From the NCBI GenBank assembly GCA_900763875.1, contig CAAFLX010000021.1, positions 962 to 64,961 on the forward strand: a DNA stretch of 64,000 bases, read 5' to 3'. The notes beneath the pieces are model-generated. The model was given only the letters and a program-made list of their open reading frames with translations. It did no database searches and was not told where the DNA came from. Source of the stretch: Clostridia bacterium (GTDB lineage Bacteria > Bacillota > Clostridia > Christensenellales > CAG-917). Positions 17,448 to 25,404 of the stretch are shown in pieces. Both the position numbers and the translations under genes were made by a program. Numbering within the stretch: the stretch's first letter is position 1; the number at the start of each line of letters is the position of its first letter.

Positions 17448-18554
17448 TCACCAAAGACCTTGCTCTTTCACAATGTCCAAAGCCGAACGAATCACTTTGT
17501 CCATATCGTAATATTTGTACTGACCGAGCCTGCCTCCAAAGATGACGTCGGTACGAGTTTGAGCAAGCTGGAAATAGCGCGCGTAAAGTGCGGAGTTTGC
17601 CTCATCATTGACGGGATAGTACGGCTCCATACCCTCTTGCCACTCGGTCGGATATTCATAGCTTATCACGCTCTTGGGTTGCGTGCCAAACTCGAAATGT
17701 TTATGCTCGATGATACGCGTGTAGGGCGTTTGTCTGTCGGTATAATTCATAACCGCAACGCCTTGGTAGTTGGGTGTGTCAAGCACCTTGGTGTCAAATC
17801 TAACGGTGCGATATTGGAGCTTGCCAAACTTAAAGCCGAAGAACTCGTCGATCATACCCGTATAAACCGTCTTGTTTGCAATGTCGGGATTTGATTTGAC
17901 AAACTCGAAATAGTCGGTGTTTGTCTTTACGTCCGCGCCATCAAGCATCTTTTCAATCATGGGCGTGTAGCCCCCGATCGGTATACCCTGATAGCGGTCA
18001 TTGAAATAGTTGTTGTCAAAGGTGAAACGGCAAGGCAAGCGTTTGATGATAAAAGCGGGCAAATCCTTGCAATCCCTGCCCCATTGTTTTTCGGTGTAGC
18101 CTTTCACGAGTTTGACGTAAACGTCCTCTCCGACAAGACTCAACGCCTGCTCTTCGAGGTTTTTCGGCTCGCCGATATTGAGTTGTGCCACCTGTTCGGC
18201 GATTTTGGCGCGCGCCTCATCGGGAGTCACAACGCCCCACAACTTGCTGAACGTGTTCATATTGAAGGGCAAATTGTACAGCTCGCCGTTGAAGTTGGCA
18301 ACGGGTGAGTTGATATAGTTGTTGAACTCGGCAAATTGGCACGCAAAATCCCAAACTTCCTTGTCCGAAGTGTGGAAAATATGCGCGCCGTAGCGATGCA
18401 CGTTGATGCCCTCGACGCTCTCGGTATAGACGTTGCCACCGATATGCTCGCGCTTTTCAAGCACCAAAACGCTCTTGCCTGCTTTGATTGCAAAGTGCGT
18501 AAACACCGCACCGAACAAACCGCTGCCCACCACCAAATAATCGTATTTTTTCAT
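17448..18554 (-). CDS. glf: UDP-galactopyranose mutase
   Basis: MKKYDYLVVGSGLFGAVF FAD fold, then HRYGAHIFHT...YTEKQWG...GRLGQYKYYDMD. ATG at 18554 with a GGAG RBS; the ORF track start is 18587. Confidence 0.95.
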   Translation of the reverse strand: MKKYDYLVVGSGLFGAVFTHFAIKAGKSVLVLEKREHIGGNVYTESVEGINVHRYGAHIFHTSDKEVWDFACQFAEFNNYINSPVANFNGELYNLPFNMNTFSKLWGVVTPDEARAKIAEQVAQLNIGEPKNLEEQALSLVGEDVYVKLVKGYTEKQWGRDCKDLPAFIIKRLPCRFTFDNNYFNDRYQGIPIGGYTPMIEKMLDGADVKTNTDYFEFVKSNPDIANKTVYTGMIDEFFGFKFGKLQYRTVRFDTKVLDTPNYQGVAVMNYTDRQTPYTRIIEHKHFEFGTQPKSVISYEYPTEWQEGMEPYYPVNDEANSALYARYFQLAQTRTDVIFGGRLGQYKYYDMDKVIRSALDIVKEQGLW

Positions 18555-18702
18555 TATTTCTCCGTGTTTTGAAAAAGCTCCCCGCACTGCCCGAAATGAT
18601 TATTCCCATTCAAGACAGCCTTTTATGCGCCATAAGCAAACGAGGCAAAATGACGTTGCGCAGGGCTATAACGCAGAGTTTTTCTGCAATCTATTATAAA
18701 TC

Positions 18703-18731
18703 ATTTTACCATAGCGGGATATACAATGCAA
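18703..18731 (-). promoter_or_regulatory. sigma-A-type promoter for the glf glycan operon
   Basis: Minus strand: TTGCAT-17 nt-(TGg)TAAAAT, leaving a leader of about 145 nt. Confidence 0.45.
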
Positions 18732-18841
18732 GGTATTTTGCCCAAATTCGCCCCCTCTCCCACTTCAGTTGCAATATGTCGCACACTTTTCACCGTCTTT
18801 CCAATGGCACACCTATGTCCTCTCTCACCCAACGCCCCCAC

Positions 18842-18873
18842 AAAAAAAGCAATGCGTTGCCACATTGCTTTTT
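18842..18873 (-). terminator. rho-independent terminator of the xpt / nucleoside ABC operon
   Basis: Minus strand: GCAATG-tggcaacg-CATTGC followed by TTTTTTT. Confidence 0.75.
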
Positions 18874-18954
18874 CAAAACGTAATTTGCGTTTGAGTTTCA
18901 AAACCGCTTTTAATTCGCTGAAATCGTTATACGATTTTACTTGCGATTTTTTTG

Positions 18955-19920
18955 CTATCTATCCTCACGGAAATAAGGCACACCGAGAGCCGCCGGCGGT
19001 TGCGTCTCGCGCTTGTTGATCATACTTGTGATAATGAGCACGACGATTGTGACGATGTACGGAAGAAGTTTGATAAACTCTTTCATTGCCATACTCGACA
19101 CAGAGAAGAAACTCGGCACAAAGTAGAGGATACTGAACAAAATCGAGCCGAGAATGCCCCAACTCGGTTTCCACACCGAGAAGATGACAAGCGCGACGGC
19201 GAGCCAGCCGTAGGATTCGATTGTGAGTGCAATGTTGCCGATACTGCCGCCGTTGCTGTCCATAATGTAGAACAAACCGCCGAGTGCCGATATTGCGCAA
19301 CCTATAATGGTTGAAACGTATCTATATTTTGTGACGTTGATACCTGCCGCGTCCGCGGTTGCGGGGTTTTCGCCGACAGCGCGGAGAGTCAAACCTACCC
19401 TAGTCTTTTTGAGCACAATCGTGACGATGATTGCCAAAATCACCGACAAATAAACAAGCGTACCATAGGAGAAGAACAGTTGAGTAAACCAGTTGTCATT
19501 GGCACACGGGAACGTCTTGATGAAATGCGTTGCGGCGTCGCTGAACCCGGTATTGTCCATTGCGCCGAGCACGTACTTATTCAAGCCAACGCCGAACGTG
19601 GTGATTGTCAAGCCCACGACGTTTTGGTTGCATCTTAACGTAACCGTGAAGAAACTGAACAACAAACCTGCAAGTCCGCCAAACAGCAAAGCTGTCAAAA
19701 TGGGGATAAACACTGCAAGAAAGCCATTCATTTGGCTGACGTCCGCAAGGGATTTGAGATACCAAAGCTCGCCCAAACTTCCGCCGATTGCGCCGATACA
19801 CATAACGCCGGGAGTGCCGAGGTTGAGGTGCCCGCCCTTTTGGGTTATGGTTTCGCCGGTAGAGCCGTAAAGGAAAATCGCACTGAATCTAATTGAATTT
19901 CTTAACAACGTGAGAAACAT
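18955..19920 (-). CDS. ABC transporter permease (BMP/nucleoside-type, second permease)
   Basis: 321 aa, polytopic. Its start shares nt 19920 with the upstream stop (TGATG). Confidence 0.85.
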   Translation of the reverse strand: MFLTLLRNSIRFSAIFLYGSTGETITQKGGHLNLGTPGVMCIGAIGGSLGELWYLKSLADVSQMNGFLAVFIPILTALLFGGLAGLLFSFFTVTLRCNQNVVGLTITTFGVGLNKYVLGAMDNTGFSDAATHFIKTFPCANDNWFTQLFFSYGTLVYLSVILAIIVTIVLKKTRVGLTLRAVGENPATADAAGINVTKYRYVSTIIGCAISALGGLFYIMDSNGGSIGNIALTIESYGWLAVALVIFSVWKPSWGILGSILFSILYFVPSFFSVSSMAMKEFIKLLPYIVTIVVLIITSMINKRETQPPAALGVPYFREDR

Positions 19921-21191
19921 CAGTCATTTACCTCCTTTTCGGAATTGTCCGCAACGCTATCGTTATTTGCGGCGTTATCGTCCTTGACGTCGTTCATTTC
20001 GACTTGTTGATTTGAGTTGTCGTCACAACACTTGCATTGAGCGTCGGCGCAATCGTTTTGTTGATTGCTTGAATTGTCACTCTCGTCCTTGTCTTTTTTC
20101 CTCTTGAGCTTTGCCGCCAAAGCAGGGCTGAGTTTGACTCTGTAGCCTACAAGAAATTCGCTTGCTATAACCACGAAGAAGAACACGCCCGTGATAATTT
20201 CGGGGAAAGCCGTGCCGAAACCGAAACTCGAACCTGCGTACGCCGCGCCGATGTTGAAAAACTGCACAAGCACCGAAGTAAGCACCATTGCAATGGGGTT
20301 AAGCCCGCCGAGCCACGCAACGAGAATAGCCGTAAATCCCATACCGCCTGCGGTGTCGGTGGAGATTGTGTAAGACGTGCCGGCAACGAGCAGCCAACCT
20401 GCCACACCCGACAACGCGCCCGAAAGCAACATCGTTCTGATGATAACCTTGGGGACGCTTATGCCGATATATTTTGCCGTGTTTTGACTCTCTCCGACAA
20501 CAGACAATTCATAGCCGTGTTTGCTGAATTTGAGGTAGATTGACACGACAATGGTTATCACGGCAACGATAATCACGTTGAGGATATAGTTGTAACCGCC
20601 GATTTTTGGAAGACGTCCGAACTTCAAAACACCCAAGGTTTGCGAGCCGCTCGTGACCCACACCGCGATACAAATGGAGATAAGCCCCATTGCGATGTAG
20701 TTCATCATAAGGGTGAAGAGCGTTTCGTTGGTGTTCCACTTTGCTTTGAATATGGCAGGAATGACCGCCCATACCGCTCCGCCGATGACAGCCATAACGA
20801 ACATAAGAATCAACAAAACCGAATTGTTGACCTTGCCGCCCAAATACTGAATCATAACGACGCTCATCAAGCCGCCCATAAGCACTTGACCTTCCGCGCC
20901 GATGTTCCAAAACTTCATTCTGAAAGCAGGCGTAAGCGCAAGCGCGATGAGCAAAAGAATTGCGGAGTTTTGCAAGAGTTTGATAAATCTCGTTACAGTC
21001 CCGAAGTTGCCTACAAACAGGTTTTGTATAAACGCACCGAAAGTGCCGGGTTTCAAAATACTGCTTGCAATCGCACTCACGATGAGAGCAACGACAACCG
21101 CGCCCACTCTCACAAGCCATGCTTGCCACTTGGGAGTGTCCGTGCGTTTTGTGATATGAATGAAGGAGTTGTGCATAAGTTTATTCAACAT
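19920..21191 (-). CDS. ABC transporter permease (BMP/nucleoside-type) with 62-aa acidic Cys-containing C-terminal tail
   Basis: 423 aa, polytopic core. The tail is KRKKDKDESDNSSNQQNDCADAQCKCCDDNSNQQ.... Confidence 0.85.
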   Translation of the reverse strand: MLNKLMHNSFIHITKRTDTPKWQAWLVRVGAVVVALIVSAIASSILKPGTFGAFIQNLFVGNFGTVTRFIKLLQNSAILLLIALALTPAFRMKFWNIGAEGQVLMGGLMSVVMIQYLGGKVNNSVLLILMFVMAVIGGAVWAVIPAIFKAKWNTNETLFTLMMNYIAMGLISICIAVWVTSGSQTLGVLKFGRLPKIGGYNYILNVIIVAVITIVVSIYLKFSKHGYELSVVGESQNTAKYIGISVPKVIIRTMLLSGALSGVAGWLLVAGTSYTISTDTAGGMGFTAILVAWLGGLNPIAMVLTSVLVQFFNIGAAYAGSSFGFGTAFPEIITGVFFFVVIASEFLVGYRVKLSPALAAKLKRKKDKDESDNSSNQQNDCADAQCKCCDDNSNQQVEMNDVKDDNAANNDSVADNSEKEVND

Positions 21192-22935
21192 TGTCGTCTG
21201 CCTCCTTTTGTTCGTCCTCGTGTTTTGTCATAAGCAAACCGATTTGCTCTTTGACCGCGTGTCTGCCGTCCACGATGCCCGTGACCTTGCCGCCGCAAAG
21301 CACCATAATTCTGTCGCAAAGCTCGATGAGCACGTCGAGATCCTCGCCGACGAATATAACCGCCACGCCCTTCTCTTTTTGCTCGTTGAGAAGATTGTAA
21401 ATCATATACGACGAGTTGATGTCCAAGCCTCTGACGGGATACGCCGCCATAAGCACGGTCGGCGACGCTGCGATTTCACGTCCGACAAGCACCTTTTGCA
21501 CGTTGCCGCCCGACAAACGTCTGACTGGAGTGTGCGTGCTGGGGGTTGCAACTTCCAAATCGTGCACGATTGTTTCTGCCAAATCTTTTGGTTTTTTTCT
21601 ATCAACGAAGAAAGGAATGCCCTTTCTATACGAGCGGAGCATCATATTGTCAACAAGGTCCATATTGCCCACAAGCCCCATGCCGAGTCTGTCCTCGGGG
21701 ACGAATGACAATCTCACGCCCAACTCTCTGATTTGAACGGGTGTTTTGGAGCGCAAATCGACTTTTTCATTATCCTTCGATGGGTCGAAGTAAGCAATTT
21801 CGCCCTCGTTGAGCTTTTGAAGACCTGCGATTGCCTCGAGCAATTCCTTTTGACCGCTACCCGCGATACCTGCAATGCCGAGAATTTCGCCCGAGCGCGC
21901 GGCAAACGACACGTCGTCAAGCACCTTGATTCCGTCGTGATTGAGTGCGGACAAGTGATTTACGACAAGTCTGTCAACGCTATCATGCGGCTCGGTTCTG
22001 TCGATATTGAGGCTTATTTTTTCACCCACCATCATTTCGGTGAGTTGTTGTGCGCTCGTTTCAGAGGTGTTTACGGTTGCAATATGCTCGCCCTTGCGCA
22101 GCACCGCCACCCTGTCGCTTATCTCCATAACCTCGTTGAGTTTGTGCGTGATGATGATGATGGACTTGCCGTCCTCTCTCATCTTGCGCAAAACGTCAAA
22201 GAGTTTTTTGATTTCTTGAGGCGTCAAAACGGCGGTAGGCTCGTCGAGGATAAGGATATCCGCGCCTCTATACAAAACTTTTATAATCTCAACCGTCTGT
22301 TTTTCAGAAACGGACATGTTGTAAATTTTCTCGTTTAAGTTTATTTCGAATCCGTATTTATCGGCAATTTTTTGAAGTTCTGCGCCGTGGTTTTTGGAAA
22401 GCCAACCAAACTTCACCGATTTTGCAAACTTCACAAAAGGCAAAGCGGCAATCTTCATCGCCGTTTGAAATTTGGATTGTTTTTTGGGTGCGTCAAGATA
22501 TGCAAGCACGCCCGTATGTTCGTCGGGATTGTAGGCGGCAAACTCGGCGTTGTTTTTTTCAGCCTCTTCTTTTATGCGATTTGCCTCGTCCTTGATTGAG
22601 AACGGCGGCTCTTTTTCGCCGAGAATTATGTTGTCGGTGGCGGTAAAGACGTCAACAAGTTTGAAGTGCTGGTGCACCATACCGATTTTATACTTGTATG
22701 CGTCTTTCGGGGAGAGAATGTTTACTTCCTCGCCATTGATGAAAATGCTTCCCTCGTCTTGGCGATAGATGCCGATAATCATATTCATCAGCGTGGTTTT
22801 ACCGCTCCCGTTTTCGCCCAAAATAGACAAAATTTCACCTTTGCGCAAATCGAGATCAACGTTGTTGTTTGCAACAACTTTCGTCCCGAATCGCTTGGTG
22901 ATTCCTTTCAACTGTAAAACAATGGGTCTATCCAT
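21181..22935 (-). CDS. ABC transporter ATP-binding protein (duplicated ATPase, sugar/nucleoside importer type)
   Basis: Two Walker A sites (GENGSGKTT; GIAGSGQKE) and two signature motifs. ATG at 22935 (MDRPIVLQLKGITKRFG); the ORF track start is 23010. Confidence 0.9.
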   Translation of the reverse strand: MDRPIVLQLKGITKRFGTKVVANNNVDLDLRKGEILSILGENGSGKTTLMNMIIGIYRQDEGSIFINGEEVNILSPKDAYKYKIGMVHQHFKLVDVFTATDNIILGEKEPPFSIKDEANRIKEEAEKNNAEFAAYNPDEHTGVLAYLDAPKKQSKFQTAMKIAALPFVKFAKSVKFGWLSKNHGAELQKIADKYGFEINLNEKIYNMSVSEKQTVEIIKVLYRGADILILDEPTAVLTPQEIKKLFDVLRKMREDGKSIIIITHKLNEVMEISDRVAVLRKGEHIATVNTSETSAQQLTEMMVGEKISLNIDRTEPHDSVDRLVVNHLSALNHDGIKVLDDVSFAARSGEILGIAGIAGSGQKELLEAIAGLQKLNEGEIAYFDPSKDNEKVDLRSKTPVQIRELGVRLSFVPEDRLGMGLVGNMDLVDNMMLRSYRKGIPFFVDRKKPKDLAETIVHDLEVATPSTHTPVRRLSGGNVQKVLVGREIAASPTVLMAAYPVRGLDINSSYMIYNLLNEQKEKGVAVIFVGEDLDVLIELCDRIMVLCGGKVTGIVDGRHAVKEQIGLLMTKHEDEQKEADDNVE

Positions 22936-23021
22936 ATTTTCCTTGATTTTTTTACGATTGTAATAACTCGATTTGGCGGAGCAGATGCTCCGCCAAATCA
23001 TTTGATACAAGTTGCAACCAA

Positions 23022-24254
23022 TTAGTTAAGGGTCGTGATTCCGTCGATATCGAGAGTGAAGTAAGGTGCAGAACGGAATTTGGATTCCCAAAGAACGCCG
23101 TCCTTGATAACTTCGGTATCTGCAGAGAACGTACCGTCATCGTCAACGTCTGCCATAAAGGACTCAACTTTTTTGCCTTTAACGGTAAAGCTGTTGGTGT
23201 CAAACACGTTGAGAGTGCCTGCTTTGAGTTTCGCAGCAACTTCGTCAAGTTTTGCTTGCGTGCCTGCTGCAGCTGCAGAGCCGAGTTCGAGAAGTTCAAC
23301 GGATTTCGTGTCAACCGTGCCGGTCCAGTCATAAGGAATTTCGGTGTTGTTGATTGCGCTGTTCACCATAAACTCGAAGTAAGGAGCCCAGTTGATTCTA
23401 GAACCGACGATATAAGTGCCTTTGCAATCTTTCTCGGTGCTGACGTTGTAGGTGACGTTGGGGATTTTTGCCTCTTTGCAAGCGGTGGGTGCGCCCATAG
23501 AGTCTGCGTGTTGGCTGATGAGCTTGCAGCCGCCTTTGATGAGAGCCTCTGCGGTTGCTTTCTCCGTTGCTTCGTCATACCAGCTGCCGGTGAACTTCAC
23601 GTCCATGGTTGCTGCGGGGACGACAGAGCGTACGCCGAGGAAGAAAGCGGTGTAACCGGATTTGACTTCTGCGTAGGGGAATGCGCCGACATAACCGATT
23701 TTTGCGTTTTCAACAGAAACTTTTGCGCCGTCGCCGTTGCCGTAAAGCTCTGCAAGTTTCATGCCTGCCGCAACGCCTGCAAGATATCTGCCTTCATAGA
23801 TGGATGCAAATGCGTTGAAGTAGTTGCCGAGTTTTTCGGTGTGAGCTTTCGTGCCGGTTGCGTGGAAGAAACGCACGTTGGTGAATTCTTCAGCAGCTCT
23901 CATAAGGTGAGTTTCGTGTCCGAAAGAGTCTCCGAAGATGATGTTGCAGCCTTTTTCAACGAGTTCAGCTGCAGCGTCATAACATTCAGCCGTTTCAGGG
24001 ATGCCGGTTTTGATAATAAGTTGGCTATCCTTAAGACCGAGAGTCTTCACAGCTTCCTTCATTGCGTCAATGAAGTTTTTGTCGTAAGTAGATTTGTCGT
24101 CGTGCAAGCAGATGAGACCGATTTTGATGTCATCTTTTGCGATTGGTTGGAATTCGACCTTTCTTTCCGTTTCGGGGTTGCAAGCAACCAAGCCAATAAC
24201 CAATGCGGTTACGAGAGCCAAGCAAAGCACGAGTGCCAATACTTTCTTTTTCAT
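23022..24254 (-). CDS. BMP-family (PnrA/Med-like) substrate-binding lipoprotein
   Basis: Lipobox MKKKVLALVLCLALVTALVIGLVAC after an AAAGGAG RBS. The BMP-family body includes GFIGG-like GYVGAFPYAEV. Confidence 0.9.
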   Translation of the reverse strand: MKKKVLALVLCLALVTALVIGLVACNPETERKVEFQPIAKDDIKIGLICLHDDKSTYDKNFIDAMKEAVKTLGLKDSQLIIKTGIPETAECYDAAAELVEKGCNIIFGDSFGHETHLMRAAEEFTNVRFFHATGTKAHTEKLGNYFNAFASIYEGRYLAGVAAGMKLAELYGNGDGAKVSVENAKIGYVGAFPYAEVKSGYTAFFLGVRSVVPAATMDVKFTGSWYDEATEKATAEALIKGGCKLISQHADSMGAPTACKEAKIPNVTYNVSTEKDCKGTYIVGSRINWAPYFEFMVNSAINNTEIPYDWTGTVDTKSVELLELGSAAAAGTQAKLDEVAAKLKAGTLNVFDTNSFTVKGKKVESFMADVDDDGTFSADTEVIKDGVLWESKFRSAPYFTLDIDGITTLN

Positions 24255-24337
24255 GCGTTTCTCCTTTAATTTTGCCATTTCGGCATTGTTTTTTGTTGTT
24301 GTTTTTGCTATATTCACGCCCTAGGGCGCAAACGTCG

Positions 24338-24910
24338 TTAGTGCCTGAACACGATGTGTCCGTCGTCCATACTGTCGATGAGCGCGAGGCTTTGCACGTT
24401 TATGCCGCTGTTTCTGAGCGCGTCGCCGCCGCCTTGAAAGCCCTTTTCGATTGCCACAGCGCAGCCGACGAGAGTTGCGCCCGCCTGCTCGACAATGCTC
24501 ATAAGCCCGTTGATTGCCGCTCCGTTTGCGAGGAAATCGTCCACGATAAGCACTCTATCGTCCTTTGAGATGAAATCCTTTTCGACCATAATAACCTTGC
24601 TGACCTTATGAGTAAAAGAATAAACCTCGGCGCAATAGCAGTCCGAGGATATATTTATAGTCTTACTTTTCTTAGCAAAAAGCACCGGAGCTTGCACATA
24701 GTGCGCGGCTGCGCAAGCTATGGCTATTCCCGATGCCTCGATGGTTAGAATTTTGGTGATATTTTGTCCGCAAAAGAGCGCAGAAATTTCCTTGCCAATC
24801 TCGTCCAACAGTTGTTGATCAATAAGATGATTGAGAAATCCGCCGACCTTGAGAACGTTGCCACTCTTGACCTTTCCGTCCTTCAAGATGCGCTCCTCCA
24901 AAATCTTCAT
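24338..24910 (-). CDS. xpt: xanthine phosphoribosyltransferase
   Basis: MKILEERILKDGKVKSGNVLKVGGFLNH...VLIVDDFLANGAA. ATG at 24910 after AAAGGAG. The ORF track start (25060) runs through the promoter. Confidence 0.9.
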   Translation of the reverse strand: MKILEERILKDGKVKSGNVLKVGGFLNHLIDQQLLDEIGKEISALFCGQNITKILTIEASGIAIACAAAHYVQAPVLFAKKSKTINISSDCYCAEVYSFTHKVSKVIMVEKDFISKDDRVLIVDDFLANGAAINGLMSIVEQAGATLVGCAVAIEKGFQGGGDALRNSGINVQSLALIDSMDDGHIVFRH

Positions 24911-25000
24911 AGCGCGCTCCTTTACACAATATATTGTGGTGTGTGCGAAATACGAACTCCGTAAGTTGTGCGTTGCGATTTGGTTGCTCTTTATGCGGGC

Positions 25001-25030
25001 ATTATATCCAAAACGAATCGACAATGTCAA
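25001..25030 (-). promoter_or_regulatory. near-consensus sigma-A promoter of xpt
   Basis: Minus strand: TTGACA (25025-25030), 18 nt, TATAAT (25001-25006). Confidence 0.65.
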
Positions 25031-25187
25031 ACGAAAAGCACCACTATTTTGCATTTTCATTAAAAAATTTTAATTTGATACACGAAGGGTATTTTTTTGC
25101 CGACATAACTGACAAAAAGTCGTTTTTGTCGCAAGCGTTTTTTTATACTCGCACTCACTCGCGTGTGTACGCCCACGCGCACGCTTG

Positions 25188-25215
25188 CCCACGCTCGTAT
25201 ACCCACGCTCGTATG
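25188..25215. repeat. tandem 14-nt repeat CCCACGCTCGTAT(A/G) x2 inside a CG/CA-rich tract
   Basis: The two units are 25188-25201 and 25202-25215. Confidence 0.85.
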
Positions 25216-25341
25216 CACGCACCTGACGCGCGTTTCAATAATATTGCACCTTGTTTCAATATCCCTTCGATTTTGCGTCAATCGCCTTGTTGAAAGCAAA
25301 CTGTGCCGCTAAAAAAATAGCAATGGTCACACTTTGACATC

Positions 25342-25369
25342 AAAAAAGCAGGATTTACACCTGCTTTTT
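25342..25369 (-). terminator. rho-independent terminator of pepP (bidirectional shape)
   Basis: AAAAAA-GCAGG-atttaca-CCTGC-TTTTT. Confidence 0.8.
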
Positions 25370-25404
25370 GTTGTTAAATTTAATTTTTGTTGTTCAAAGC
25401 AAAA

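Noticed and set aside
23256-24269. Long antisense ORFs opposite well-supported genes. Examples: 337 aa opposite the BMP lipoprotein, 525 aa at 40886-42463 opposite ftsK, 422 aa at 34476-35744 opposite rny, 395 aa at 46442-47629 opposite pnp, 310 aa at 26245-27177 opposite pepP, 302 aa at 51800-52708 opposite relA, 260 aa at 6404-7186 opposite glyQS.
   Set aside because: Each lies entirely inside a gene with clear family motifs on the other strand. None has a recognisable domain or RBS, and their compositions (Arg/Cys/His/Phe-rich) are typical of shadow frames.
24911-25000. Purine (guanine) riboswitch in the xpt leader.
   Set aside because: The leader is only about 95 nt and lacks the conserved J1-2/J2-3/L2/L3 sequences. 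The TATAAT I first took for J1-2 is the -10 box of a TTGACA-18-TATAAT promoter.
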